A stretch of 64,000 nt of DNA from an uncultured Planctomycetaceae bacterium (GTDB taxonomy: Bacteria > Planctomycetota > Planctomycetia > Planctomycetales > Planctomycetaceae), in the NCBI GenBank assembly GCA_963976765.1, contig CAXBME010000003.1:248001-312000 (forward strand), read 5' to 3'. A program made the position numbers and the translations under genes. This document shows positions 31,104 to 41,495 of the stretch, one piece after another; the stretch's first letter is position 1, and the number at the start of each line of letters is the position of its first letter. Below the pieces are notes generated by a model that saw nothing but the letters and a program-made list of their open reading frames with translations, was not told where the DNA came from and did not search any database.

Positions 31104-31379
31104 TTAATCGAAACCGCCGCCGACACCCGGCCCGGAGTCTCCGGCGCCGAAATCCTCCTTGAACCCGGTCTGATCGAGTTTGTACTGCTCGATCGCCTGC
31201 TTCGTATTTGTCAGCAGAAATTCGGGACCGGCGGGGAAATACTGCACGTCGTCCCGCAGGTAGTAAGCCGATGGCAACGTCTGTCCGCCGACCGACGTCT
31301 GGCAGCCGGTGGCCATCATGGCCAGACCGCAGACTCCGAGAATTGTGACAGCCTGTGTTCGCAGAAGTTCGAGCTTCAT
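31104..31379 (-). CDS. Small hypothetical lipoprotein
   Basis: Lipobox ATGC followed by GGQTLPSAYYLRDDVQYFPAGPEF; start taken at MKLELL. Confidence 0.75.
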   Translation of the reverse strand: MKLELLRTQAVTILGVCGLAMMATGCQTSVGGQTLPSAYYLRDDVQYFPAGPEFLLTNTKQAIEQYKLDQTGFKEDFGAGDSGPGVGGGFD

Positions 31380-31569
31380 GCCAATTCCGTCCCGTTCATC
31401 CTGATGGGGCCTGATTCGCCAGCCATGTGAGGCGGAATTCACCGACAGCACATGGGTATCCGGAACAGTCATCGGCAATTCGGAAGCTGCAACTTCGGAG
31501 AAATCGGCATAATCCGGAAATCTTTCCTGGATTGCCGACAGGCAGCAGAATGGCGACCTGACGCGGTCC

Positions 31570-32382
31570 CTACTGAACGACCAGTTCGCTGCGGGCGTTG
31601 CTTTCAATTCGCCGAGCGGTCATGTCGACAGTGATCTCGGAGACGAACTGAAATTCGCTACGCGGCTCAACTTCGCCCTTGGCTTCCTGAGAAATTTTGA
31701 CAGTCCACTTCGCCAGACCAAAGGGCACGGAATCGGAAAGGTACAACGTCGTTTCGTGCAGAATCCGGTCGTTCAGACTTTCCTGCTCGAAGCTGCCGGT
31801 CAGCTTTGTGCACTGCACATCTTCCTGGCCAACCTGCACGACTTCCGGCACGCTGCCTCGAGTCATGTCTTTGTAATGCCGTACCAGAGAAATCATCGGG
31901 TAAACCTGCAGAACTTTTGACGTGATCTCTTTCGGAGTCGGGTCTTTGTCGTTCGTTTTGCGAAAGCCACGAACGATCGGCAAGTATGTGACCGGCAATC
32001 CTTCACTGTTTCGGGTCTGGCCGATGACGGCACTTTCTGGCACCAGAACCTTGTAAATCCGCTCACCGACCGACCCCGTGGCGATCAAACCGTCCTTCAC
32101 ACGACCGGTCTGCACCTTGAATTCGATCCAGCGGCACGGCACTGTCGCGCCTTTGTACTCGGCGTCTTCTTTGCCGACCGACTTGATCGTCAGGTGCCGG
32201 ATCCATTCCATTTCGAGGTTTCCCTCGCTGGATCCAGGTTGGGCTTCCACCTGCCTGTAAGTGCCTTCGTAGTGAACCAGGCTTCCGTCTTCCGGAAGAC
32301 TCCAGATGATCCCCTGAGCAGACGCGCTTTGCGACATCGCCAGGCAAACCACAGCGGCAAGTAGAGAAACTGTTCGGAACAT
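31570..32382 (-). CDS. Secreted hypothetical protein
   Basis: Signal peptide ASA-Q, then WSLPEDG..V.YEG; beta-rich 270 aa. Confidence 0.8.
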   Translation of the reverse strand: MFRTVSLLAAVVCLAMSQSASAQGIIWSLPEDGSLVHYEGTYRQVEAQPGSSEGNLEMEWIRHLTIKSVGKEDAEYKGATVPCRWIEFKVQTGRVKDGLIATGSVGERIYKVLVPESAVIGQTRNSEGLPVTYLPIVRGFRKTNDKDPTPKEITSKVLQVYPMISLVRHYKDMTRGSVPEVVQVGQEDVQCTKLTGSFEQESLNDRILHETTLYLSDSVPFGLAKWTVKISQEAKGEVEPRSEFQFVSEITVDMTARRIESNARSELVVQ

Positions 32383-32695
32383 CGTCGTTCACGCTTTCTT
32401 TCGAGCCATCAGGCATCGCCGAATCGACCACTCAACATCTGGATCGTCGTTTCCTGGCCCACGGAACACGAATCCTGTCAGAAGCCGGGAAGTTTGACCG
32501 TTGCGACGCCGCGAAACAACAGGATTCACCGATCCGGCCGGCCATTCGCCATTGCCGACAAGAGCAGACTCATAGAAAGTCGCTGAACGGCACAACCCCT
32601 ACGATACGACACAGCCGGTTGAGTAGATTCAAACTGCGATCAGAAGAACGGAATTCAACATTGCACAGCTGAGGCCTTATCGACGGGCAAAGAGC

Positions 32696-32764
32696 AACTA
32701 CGAAATACACGAAAGAGAAACGAAACCGGAATGTACTTTCGTGTCTTTCGCGTATTTCGCGGCT
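32696..32764. repeat. Inverted repeat built of periodic ACGAAA / TTTCG units
   Basis: AACTACGAAATACACGAAAGAGAAACGAAA ... TTTCGTGTCTTTCGCGTATTTCGCGGCT. Confidence 0.7.
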
Positions 32765-32772
32765 GGAAAAAG

Positions 32773-34278
32773 TCACGACAGCAGCCAGCGGTAGAGCCTC
32801 GCTGAAGACAGATCAGCGGGAACAACCGACTCGGCCCTGCCGCATCTCCTAAGGATATTCTCCGCGGCGAGATAGCCGCTTCGAACGGCTCCTTCCATCG
32901 TCGCTGGCCAGCCGGTTCGAGTCCAATCGCCAGCCCACTGAAGATTTGAAATCGGCGACTGCTGGGCAGGCCGAATTCTGTCGACACCGGGCAGCGGCGA
33001 AAAAACAGCACGATGCTCTGTGATCATTCGACCATTCAGCAGTCGCGTTTCGCTCTTGTCCGGCCACACTTCCCTTAGCTCGGCATCGACTTTCGCGATG
33101 ACTTCCTGCTCGGACATCCCCGACAGATCACGAGCCGCACTGATCACAACCTGCAGCCGGCAACCGTCGTCGTTCTCCCCCTCATCCTGTGAGAGAGCAT
33201 CCACGGAATGGCCCGGCAGGTTGCCGGGTGCGTCAAGACGCCCCCTACGGCCAGGCACTGTCCGGTTAAACATCCACTGACTTAGTCGATCGACGAAGGT
33301 GGCATGCGGCAAGTCGGTCAGCGGCTGGTCGTACCAGAGATGCACGCTGGCGATCGGAGCCGTTTCCAGTCGATCCAGAGCAGCGACGTCAGAGTGCCCG
33401 GCCAGCTCATCCGGCAGCATTGACTTCACAAGATACTGAGGAACCGCCAGCACGAATTCGTCGCCTGTCACTTCTGAGCCATCCCGCAACTCCACCCCCA
33501 CTACGCGGCCGCCCCTTACAACAAGACGCCGCACTCCGGATTTCAATTGGATCGCGGCGCCGTGCTTTCGCAATGTCGCCGCGATTCGCGCCTCGTAGAC
33601 ATCGTCGAGCGGCACAATCGGAATCGACACTTCCCAACCTTCGCGACTGCTCAGAAACCCGTCGATGAAAACTTTTCTAGCGTGACGAAAGCTGATCCGG
33701 TCAAGCGACTCACTGAGCGCACTGACCAGGACCAGATGCCAGAACCTGCGCTGCACCGATTCCGACTGACGTTGCCCATCAAGCCATTCCTGAAACGAGC
33801 GATCAGTTTTCGTTCGGTCCTTCGCCAACGCCCTCAGGCCAAACGCAATCTGCCGCTTTTCGCCGAGCGTAAACCACGGCATTCTCAGAAACGACGACGC
33901 CAGGTGCAGTGGCGCCGGCAGCGACGATGCCGCAAAGCGGACAACCTTCGCCTGCCCCGGCGGCCCGACGAAATAGAGTTCCTTCTGCGTTTCAAAGAGA
34001 TCCGAGCAACCAGTCTCTTCACAGAACTGACGAAAGCTCGTACAGCACCCCATCGCGACGTGCTGACAATTGTCGATGGTTTCTCCCGTAACGCGATCAA
34101 TGATCGAACTGGCTCGCCCACCCAGCCTCGGTCGCGACTCAAGAACGGTCACCACCATCCCTCGCCCAGCAAGCGCCGATGCCGCAGCCAGACCGGCCAG
34201 ACCGCCCCCCACAATCACAACGCGGCGACCTGACTCGGCCAGTGACGACGTTGATTTTTTCGTGGCAAATTCAGTCAT
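32773..34278 (-). CDS. hpnE: Hydroxysqualene dehydroxylase (hopanoid/squalene pathway)
   Basis: GGGLAGL, LGGRASS, IDNCQHVAMGCC, AGDWTRTGWPATMEGAVRSG. Confidence 0.88.
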   Translation of the reverse strand: MTEFATKKSTSSLAESGRRVVIVGGGLAGLAAASALAGRGMVVTVLESRPRLGGRASSIIDRVTGETIDNCQHVAMGCCTSFRQFCEETGCSDLFETQKELYFVGPPGQAKVVRFAASSLPAPLHLASSFLRMPWFTLGEKRQIAFGLRALAKDRTKTDRSFQEWLDGQRQSESVQRRFWHLVLVSALSESLDRISFRHARKVFIDGFLSSREGWEVSIPIVPLDDVYEARIAATLRKHGAAIQLKSGVRRLVVRGGRVVGVELRDGSEVTGDEFVLAVPQYLVKSMLPDELAGHSDVAALDRLETAPIASVHLWYDQPLTDLPHATFVDRLSQWMFNRTVPGRRGRLDAPGNLPGHSVDALSQDEGENDDGCRLQVVISAARDLSGMSEQEVIAKVDAELREVWPDKSETRLLNGRMITEHRAVFSPLPGVDRIRPAQQSPISNLQWAGDWTRTGWPATMEGAVRSGYLAAENILRRCGRAESVVPADLSSARLYRWLLS

Positions 34279-34470
34279 TGTTGCTTCAGCAAGTGGGAAA
34301 AAGAGACGCTTCAAACGATCATTGCCGAAGGAGTATAGTGCCCTCGTTTGAACTCCCCACCCTGCCCTGTGTCAGGGAATGCCTTCGAATCAGTTTGCCG
34401 ATCTCTGCCCGCCGCACAACACCGCATTCGTCGTCGTTCCAAAGTCGACCAGCCACGAAACAGGATCCCG

Positions 34471-34941
34471 ATGATGCGTCGTGAACCCATCCACCGAATG
34501 CACCTGAAAGGCCCCTGGTTTTACGAGTGGCTCGACGGACCACATGCCTTCAGAGACGATGAAGAGGATACCGAGCTCGACAGCCCGCTGCTGAATGACT
34601 CACGAATTCGCATGCCATCGTCTATGAACGACTCGTTCGGCAAAGTGTCCGGGCGCGTCGTCTTTCGCCGACGATTCCAGCGACCAACCAATCTCGATGA
34701 TAACGAGCGGGTCCATATCGCCTTTGACGGAATTGGCGGTCGAGCCGAGGTCGCCGTTAATGGCCACCCACTCGGCAGTCTGAAAAATAATACGGAAACA
34801 GTCTCGTTCGACATGACAGACTTACTCGAACCATCAAACGAGTTGGCCGTCGATCTGACAATTTCCTGGGGCGATGATCAGAAACCCGGCGGGCTCTACG
34901 AACCAGTCGCCATCGAGATTCACGTTGCCCCTGAGAAGTAA
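34471..34941 (+). CDS. Stand-alone GH2 N-terminal sugar-binding-like domain protein
   Basis: HRMHLKGPW, FRRRFQRPTNLD, FDGI, VNGHPLG, NELAV, GGLYEPV. Confidence 0.7.
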   Translation: MMRREPIHRMHLKGPWFYEWLDGPHAFRDDEEDTELDSPLLNDSRIRMPSSMNDSFGKVSGRVVFRRRFQRPTNLDDNERVHIAFDGIGGRAEVAVNGHPLGSLKNNTETVSFDMTDLLEPSNELAVDLTISWGDDQKPGGLYEPVAIEIHVAPEK

Positions 34942-34993
34942 GCAGGGCACCGCCCAACAGAGTTCTGTGATGGGCAAGGCGCACTCTGCGGTC

Positions 34994-35470
34994 TCAACCT
35001 TCGGTAACAGGCAGGTCGAGTCGGTAGCGCGGCGTTCCGCGATAAAGCCAGACGATCAACCCGTACGGCACAACCATTGCAAGCGCCGCAATAATTCGAG
35101 CATCGGCCAGGTTACCATGAGTCAACGCGGTGACATTCCAGCCGACTCCCGCACCGAACATGCCGCTCAGAATGCTCAGCAGAACGAGGTCGCGATGCCA
35201 TCGACAGGCTTGCGAACTGAATCGTTGCCGGAGCAACAGACCACCGCCAGTCCAGTCGGCATGATAGAACAACCGCGACTCAATTCGCTGAAAAACGAAA
35301 ACCGAGTATGCATACCCGGCAACGCCCAGCGAGCAAGCAATCAACGCACCGAAACTCTCACCCAACAGCGTCAGGGCGCACTGCGGAAGAATCGCGAGAA
35401 AGATGGCGATTCGCGATCCGATCATCGCCAGAGCCACAATTCTGGCCAGCAGGTCATTAAACACAGACAT
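34994..35470 (-). CDS. Hypothetical membrane protein
   Basis: About four hydrophobic segments; co-oriented with neighbours. Confidence 0.65.
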   Translation of the reverse strand: MSVFNDLLARIVALAMIGSRIAIFLAILPQCALTLLGESFGALIACSLGVAGYAYSVFVFQRIESRLFYHADWTGGGLLLRQRFSSQACRWHRDLVLLSILSGMFGAGVGWNVTALTHGNLADARIIAALAMVVPYGLIVWLYRGTPRYRLDLPVTEG

Positions 35471-35512
35471 CCGAACGGCCTTTCAGGTGCTCACAAGTCG
35501 GTCGGAGAAACT

Positions 35513-35890
35513 TCAGGGGACGCCGACGTACTCCTTCGAGTACTCGCCTGGCCGCACCAGCGATCCGGCGTGAATTGGCGTGGCCGACTTAATTTCTTTC
35601 TGCACGACTCTACCGACAATCAGGCGTTCTGACAGAAGGATGTCTCCGCGAACATCCCGCATCGGCCAGGGTCCGCTTCCGATGTCATCCTTGCGAATAA
35701 TCGTGCCCGGCTTCAGATTGCTTGCCGCCATCGGAATTGTGCGAGTCGCAAAGCCTTCCCGCACCGACGTCAGTTGTGGTTGCTCGATCGCGTCCAGACT
35801 TCTCTTCACCGAAAACAAGCCAAGCATCACGCAACCGCCAAGTGCCGCGACAACTGCCAGCATCAGTCGAGCAGGTGTGAATGACCTCAT
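35513..35890 (-). CDS. SAF-domain protein resembling the N-terminal half of CpaB
   Basis: N-terminal TM, IPMAASNLKPGTIIRKDDI...IVGRVVQKEIKSATPI; no RcpC C-terminal domain. Confidence 0.65.
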   Translation of the reverse strand: MRSFTPARLMLAVVAALGGCVMLGLFSVKRSLDAIEQPQLTSVREGFATRTIPMAASNLKPGTIIRKDDIGSGPWPMRDVRGDILLSERLIVGRVVQKEIKSATPIHAGSLVRPGEYSKEYVGVP

Positions 35891-35922
35891 AGCTGTGCGT
35901 CCTTACTCATCCCGCTTCGTTC

Positions 35923-36687
35923 TCAGGCCAGTGATGCAGGAGTCGTGCTGGACGTCGCAGGTCCAACCGGAGTTTGCAGCAAGCGAGTCAACACTTCCAA
36001 CTGCAATCGCAGGCGTTGTTCCGGCCAGTCGTCAACGATTCGCGAAGCCTCTTCAGCCGTGCAGCCAGTCTCGTGCCGATAGATTCCGATCGCCGCCAGA
36101 AAGTCGCCGTCAGTAACGAGCGAATCCATCCGTGAGACAAGCTGCTCCGACCAGTCACCGACAAACTGCTGACCAATCTCGCCAATCTGCACGTGCAGAG
36201 CTTCGCTGGACAGGCTCTGCCTGTCGTTCTCCTTACCCGCTCGCAGAACAAACGTCGCGCCGAACACCAGTCCAATTCCAACGAACGCAAGAAACGACAT
36301 CAGCCCGGCCTGCTTCTGCAGAGGACTGTTGATCGAGTAATTCACGGCTTCGTGAAAACCATCGGTCATGCAGACCATCGACAGTTTGCCAACCGCTGCG
36401 CCGAAACTCAGAGCAACAATGCCAAGACACATCGCTCCTGCCAGACCGGCGAATCGATTCCTGGCCCGCCGAACGCAACGCAACCGGTAAACCAGCCACG
36501 AAGCAAACCCCACGCAGAACAACGCCGGCAGCATGCCGATCATCGTTCGAGCCGGAGCGTACAACTGCTCTGACTGCCCGGAAAACGCAGCTGCAATCAT
36601 CAACAGACCGGCGAACGCCAGGTTGATTTCCACCGCCAGGAGCAGAATTTCGTTCAACGTGAATGTCAGTCGTATTTTTTTCTTCAT
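35923..36687 (-). CDS. Hypothetical membrane protein with C-terminal L7/L12-like helical motif
   Basis: Four TMs, then AAIGIYRHETGCTAEEASRIVD. Confidence 0.65.
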   Translation of the reverse strand: MKKKIRLTFTLNEILLLAVEINLAFAGLLMIAAAFSGQSEQLYAPARTMIGMLPALFCVGFASWLVYRLRCVRRARNRFAGLAGAMCLGIVALSFGAAVGKLSMVCMTDGFHEAVNYSINSPLQKQAGLMSFLAFVGIGLVFGATFVLRAGKENDRQSLSSEALHVQIGEIGQQFVGDWSEQLVSRMDSLVTDGDFLAAIGIYRHETGCTAEEASRIVDDWPEQRLRLQLEVLTRLLQTPVGPATSSTTPASLA

Positions 36688-36790
36688 GATCTGTGACCCG
36701 ATAAATCTGGAGTTGGCCCTTTTGATAACATTCGTGAAAACACCGCCGCACACAGCAGCTCTCGGTCTGGCTGACGATCTGAAAAAAACG

Positions 36791-37966
36791 TCACGCTCCC
36801 GTGTAAACTTTCAGCGGTGAATCGTTCGCCGGGGCAGCAACCTGCTCCTCAGCCGCGACTTCGACTTTGACCGGTGGCCGCTGCTCGGGAACATCGCCCG
36901 CAGCCGCAGCACGTCGTCGACGCAGCAACTGAGCAGTCGGAGACAGCTTTGCATAGTGCCCATAAGCGATTGATGTGGCGTCCGAATTACTCCATGCAGC
37001 CACTTGGCGAGCATCGTGCGGCTGAAAGACGATGCTTTGATCGTCCCGCATGAAACCATCTCGAAGCATGTGCCCGAGCAGGCAGGTCACAGCCGCATCG
37101 CCGTACTCTTCGCGAGCCCCCAGGAACACATTCTCAAGACGAGCTTCCGTCCGATAGTTGTATGCACAAGCCGCCGGGCGTCCCGACACTGTCAGAGTAC
37201 AGACCTCAACAGCCCCCGCATCGACCGCCGCCGCGTGTGCATCTTTCATCACAGTCAACTCACGATCAGCACGTCGACCTCGACCTTTTGAGTCTCCTCG
37301 GATGGATTCAAACGTTCGAAACAAATCCCAGCGCCGATCAGTCGCTCCGACCTTGCCGCCTTCCGGCCGCCAGCGATGAAACGAAATGGGCCCACAGTGA
37401 GTGATGATTTTTTCCGCCTGCAGAAACTCCATTCGAGCCGATCGGTCACGCGTGCTCATGTACGAATCCCAACTTCCCGCCATCTCCACCACCGGGTGAG
37501 TGACGGCGCCGTTTCGGCAGACTTTCAGCCGAGCGTTCTTCAAAGCGTTGCTCGTCCGACGGTTGTCATGACCGAACTCGTCAATCTGAGAAAGCTCCAG
37601 CGCCTTCCAGTTGCGCTGAGTCCTTCGGATATGACTGAAGGCGGTACTCAAAGTGGCAGCTGGGTTCGGGCCAATCGCGCCGTAAAACGGGACGAAGGTA
37701 TTCGTCGGCCAGGTCAGGACCGGCGTCGCCCCGAGCGCCGTCTCAACCTGACGAGTGACCAGCGGCACAATACCAATCGGCTTCGTCCGCAGAGTCACCA
37801 GTAACGTGCGGAGTTCCTGTTTGTCACCATAGACTCGCCAGTAGCTCCTCAGCCAGTCCCACGACTGCACGAAGGATGCGTTCGGAGTTTTTTCCCAGAG
37901 TTCCCGCCAGGTAACACGAAGATTGGCCAGCTCTTCAAAAGTGTTGATTTCCGAAACCGCAATCAT
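36791..37966 (-). CDS. GNAT family (CelD/BcsL-like) acetyltransferase
   Basis: WRELW...SFVQSWDWLRSYWRVYG...IGIVPL; SWDSYM. Confidence 0.75.
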   Translation of the reverse strand: MIAVSEINTFEELANLRVTWRELWEKTPNASFVQSWDWLRSYWRVYGDKQELRTLLVTLRTKPIGIVPLVTRQVETALGATPVLTWPTNTFVPFYGAIGPNPAATLSTAFSHIRRTQRNWKALELSQIDEFGHDNRRTSNALKNARLKVCRNGAVTHPVVEMAGSWDSYMSTRDRSARMEFLQAEKIITHCGPISFHRWRPEGGKVGATDRRWDLFRTFESIRGDSKGRGRRADRELTVMKDAHAAAVDAGAVEVCTLTVSGRPAACAYNYRTEARLENVFLGAREEYGDAAVTCLLGHMLRDGFMRDDQSIVFQPHDARQVAAWSNSDATSIAYGHYAKLSPTAQLLRRRRAAAAGDVPEQRPPVKVEVAAEEQVAAPANDSPLKVYTGA

Positions 37967-38407
37967 CACAGCTCCCAGCGTGGCGAACGTGCCACAAAAT
38001 TGATTCTCGACCGATCGTCCGTTTTCGAAGCAGTCGTCGCCAATGCTCAGACCACAGAGAGCGCGTCGCCATCCAGCGACGATTCCGACGGCAAACCGGT
38101 AATCGCAACCACCGTGCCGCGATCCAAAACCGAGCACCGCGGGACCGGTCGAAAACTGGTCGAAGCAGAATATCCAATCCCGCTCGCAGCCCGGTCGGAT
38201 TCGCGTAAACTCTGCCAGCGTTTAAGTTTCAGCCAGTCTCGTGGCCGCAAAGTTTGACCAGCTTCGCTGTTTCAGGAACTTGACAGAGCGTTCGACAAAG
38301 CTGAACGCCGCGAAGCGAGGGGAAGCTGCGACGTTGACGAGCGGCAACATCAATGCAGTGAAGTCGCCACATGTTGCCGTTTGGCACGACGGCAGTCGCC
38401 CCGTCGA

Positions 38408-38881
38408 TCAGTCGCTTCCGACGAGCCGGTCAGCCGCGTCTTTATGACAAAGCGTCAGAATCACCACGCCAATACCAACCACGGCGGCGCCTTCCAGAAC
38501 GGTCCACCAGACGGGCATCGATTCGGCAATGTCGACTCCGATCAGAATCGCACCAGCTGCAGCGATCACTCGACCGTACCAGCAGATCAGAGATCGGTAT
38601 CGAACAACGTCGTTGGCCAGGACAAGCAGCATCGCTCCATGAATTCCGTAGAGCAGCGACGTCGAGCGAGCGAGATATCCGACAATTCTTCCCTGGGGAA
38701 GCGTTCCCAGCCCAACAGACTCATGCACCCAGCCAAGCCAATCCGTCGGTAAGAACACCGCTACAACAGCCAGCAGATCAGCGACTCCGACCAGCCGCAG
38801 AAACCATCTCAGACGCCGATCGCTGCCGAAAGCTGCTCTGTCGACGCTGGCCTCGCCGGGTTGGTCCGATTCTGCCTTCAC
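38408..38881 (-). CDS. Hypothetical membrane protein
   Basis: Four TMs, YLARSTSLLY; overlaps the stop of the pseudouridine synthase (ATGA). Confidence 0.75.
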   Translation of the reverse strand: MKAESDQPGEASVDRAAFGSDRRLRWFLRLVGVADLLAVVAVFLPTDWLGWVHESVGLGTLPQGRIVGYLARSTSLLYGIHGAMLLVLANDVVRYRSLICWYGRVIAAAGAILIGVDIAESMPVWWTVLEGAAVVGIGVVILTLCHKDAADRLVGSD

Positions 38882-39915
38882 GCGTCGCCGGCCTCTTTCA
38901 GTTTCCTGCCGTTTGGAACTGGGGCCGTTCGAAGTCGATCGACGAGCCTCGAAAGGTCCGCAGGCAGTTCTGACACAAACTCCAGCCGCTGGCCAGACTC
39001 GGGATGCGTGAACGCCAGCAACCGAGCATGCAATGCCAGTCGCGGAGCACGGCTTTCATCAGCAACCGCCTCACCGCTAAACGGCCCGCGGTACATCCTG
39101 TCGCCACAGACCGGGTGTCCCTGCTCAGCCAGATGAATGCGGATCTGATGGGTCCGACCTGTTTCCAGGCGACAGTTCACCAGCGAATATGGTCCTACCG
39201 TTTCAACCGATTCGACATGAGTTGCTGCTGGCTTGCCGTCGGTTTCAGATTTCGTGCTGCCACGCAAACCGTCGCCTCGATCGCGGACCAGTCGACCTCG
39301 AATCACTCCGGTCTCTGGAGTTCCGGCAGCAACTGCCTGATAAACACGATCAACCGAGTGCTCAGCAAACTGCTTGACAAGACTCTGCTCAGCTTCCAGC
39401 GACCTCGCAAAAACCAACAGCCCGCTGGTATCTCGATCCAGGCGATGCACCGACCGCACATGTTGACGGCGAAGCTTCGGCGGCAGCGAAGCCAGATTCC
39501 GTTTGCTGCGAGTCGCTGCGCCGACCGCTCGCAGTACACTTTCATCTGCAGACGGCTGCTGCATGCGACGTTTGATCGGCCAGTTGATCTCCGCAACGTG
39601 CCGTAGCGAAACCATCCCCGCCGGCTTCTCGATCACAACGACCGATTCGTCAAGGTGCAGAATGCTGACATCACCATCGTCGGGCGGAGGAGGAAAAGGA
39701 GCATCCGCGACAAACACGGTCTCCGACGCCGTCAAACGGCGAGCAACATCCAGGCAAAGAACGCCCGACACGGTCACTCGCCGTCGTTCCACAAGTTTCC
39801 GGATGTGTCGCCAGGACTGATCGGGAAGAAATTCACGTAACACCTGGCAAATCGTTTTCCCGGCCAGTTCAGCAGGCACATCCCAGTTGGTACCGGGGGT
39901 GGTCGTGTTTGACAT
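38878..39915 (-). CDS. RluA/RluD family pseudouridine synthase
   Basis: EKPAG, VHRLDRDTSGL, LETGRTHQIRIH, GDRMY, LHA. Confidence 0.95.
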   Translation of the reverse strand: MSNTTTPGTNWDVPAELAGKTICQVLREFLPDQSWRHIRKLVERRRVTVSGVLCLDVARRLTASETVFVADAPFPPPPDDGDVSILHLDESVVVIEKPAGMVSLRHVAEINWPIKRRMQQPSADESVLRAVGAATRSKRNLASLPPKLRRQHVRSVHRLDRDTSGLLVFARSLEAEQSLVKQFAEHSVDRVYQAVAAGTPETGVIRGRLVRDRGDGLRGSTKSETDGKPAATHVESVETVGPYSLVNCRLETGRTHQIRIHLAEQGHPVCGDRMYRGPFSGEAVADESRAPRLALHARLLAFTHPESGQRLEFVSELPADLSRLVDRLRTAPVPNGRKLKEAGDA

Positions 39916-39976
39916 TAAGAAGCAGTTCGAATTCGTGATAAATGTTACGGACGAGTTGACCGAAAATCGGCAACCA

Positions 39977-41218
39977 TTATTCAGTCAGGTTGAGATCAAA
40001 CTGGTTCTTACCCTCGACAACGTTGAGCCGCAATGCACCGTTTGGGTCGATGCGCTCAAAGTCGTCGCGCGTAGGCCGAGGCTCGACGGAGCCAAGGTCG
40101 TAGATCTCGACGACGTTCTCACCGAGTGCCGCGCCTCGACTGGCGGGAATGCTGTACTTGCCGCGTGAAACCATTGTCCAGGCTCGCGGCTTGTTTGGAT
40201 CCAGCGGTGCCAGAGCGATCATTCCCCACCGCAGATCTTCGCCGTTCACTTTGACTGTTCCGGAAACTTCGGCTCGAGCCGTCGCGCTGAGGAATCCCGA
40301 ACCTCGCATCCAGTCGAGCAGTCGATCTCTCCATCCGAAAACCGCCGGATCGGCCGGAGCCATCCCAACTCCGTGCGGCCCATCCTGGTAAATGTGCATC
40401 TCGCCGGGAACGCCCGCTTTCCTTAACGCCATGAAGAATGCCACGCTGTTCTGCACATCGACGCCCTTGTCCTCCGCCGTGTGAAACAGGAAAGTCGGTG
40501 GAGTTTCCACCGTCACATGCAGATCGTTGCTGAGCGTCTTCAACGTCTCTTCATCAGCGTCCGGGCCGAACAGATTTCGCCCTGACCCCTTGTGAGCGTA
40601 CGAAGCCGTCAAACTGATAACCGGATAACACAGCACGGCGAAATCGGGCCGGCAACTTAGACGATCAACCGAATCCTTCGCTTCCGGGTTGCCCGCGTCA
40701 AAGTGCGTCGCCACCGTCGACGACAAATGCCCGCCCGCAGAGAAACCCATGATGCCGATGCGTCCCGCGCTAACGCCAAATGTCTCGGCCTTTGCACGAA
40801 CATACCGCATCGCTCGCTGAGCGTCTTCCATCGGCACCGGGTGTCGATACTTCGGAGCGTGGCGATACCGCAACACGAACCCCGCCACGCCATTCTTTTG
40901 AAACCACTTCGCAAGCTGATGCCCTTCGTGATCCATCGCCAGGATTCCGTACCCGCCGCCAGGGCAGATCACGACTCCGGCACCGGTCGCCTTCACACCT
41001 TCCAGTTCCTGCGGAAGATAAGCCCGAATCGTCGGCACATCCGACTCGTCACTCCCCTGAGCATGCGGAGCCCCGTCCGGCCAAAGCGGCAACGCCTCCG
41101 GCCCCAAAGCCAGAGCGCCGTTCCCAGTCAGGCACAGAACGGCAACAAATACCCCGACAGATGCCAACGCCGGCAACCTACGAACGATCCGCGCACCAGC
41201 AACAGGACGAGTCAACAT
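39977..41218 (-). CDS. Secreted alpha/beta hydrolase (acetylxylan-esterase-like) with extra C-terminal domain
   Basis: CPGGGY, GFSAGGHL, HTAED, GPHGVG; C-terminal VSGTVKVNGE...GKYSIP. Confidence 0.88.
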   Translation of the reverse strand: MLTRPVAGARIVRRLPALASVGVFVAVLCLTGNGALALGPEALPLWPDGAPHAQGSDESDVPTIRAYLPQELEGVKATGAGVVICPGGGYGILAMDHEGHQLAKWFQKNGVAGFVLRYRHAPKYRHPVPMEDAQRAMRYVRAKAETFGVSAGRIGIMGFSAGGHLSSTVATHFDAGNPEAKDSVDRLSCRPDFAVLCYPVISLTASYAHKGSGRNLFGPDADEETLKTLSNDLHVTVETPPTFLFHTAEDKGVDVQNSVAFFMALRKAGVPGEMHIYQDGPHGVGMAPADPAVFGWRDRLLDWMRGSGFLSATARAEVSGTVKVNGEDLRWGMIALAPLDPNKPRAWTMVSRGKYSIPASRGAALGENVVEIYDLGSVEPRPTRDDFERIDPNGALRLNVVEGKNQFDLNLTE

Positions 41219-41401
41219 TGACGAAACTCCAATCAAAAAATGCGAACAGCCGAGCGACTCCCTCAATCAGACAATCCCGCCCGACAACTTCCAACTACAA
41301 CCCGCACACTTTCGGAGTTCGCACCGTCAACCGCAAGCCGACGACGCTGAGGCTCTGCCGACAAGAACCGTGACAGCCCGCCCCCACAGCCCCGACACCA
41401 A

Positions 41402-41437
41402 TTGACGAACGGCGAAAAGTCCGGCATGCTCCTTGCT
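41402..41437 (+). promoter_or_regulatory. Candidate cassette-array promoter (overlapping sigma70-like and sigma54-like motifs)
   Basis: TTGACG-17 nt-CATGCT (41402-41430) and CGGCATGCTCCTTGCT (41422-41437, GG-N10-GC). Confidence 0.4.
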
Positions 41438-41495
41438 GGTGTCGCTTTACGCGCAACTCCTTGCGCATAGCCGACAGATTTTCATCAAGAACTCC

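Noticed and set aside
31465..31530. FliA/sigma28-like GCCGAT motifs upstream of the lipoprotein (similar ones near 26389 and 32679)
   Set aside because: The -35 element and spacing are inconsistent between instances; not supportable without a PWM.
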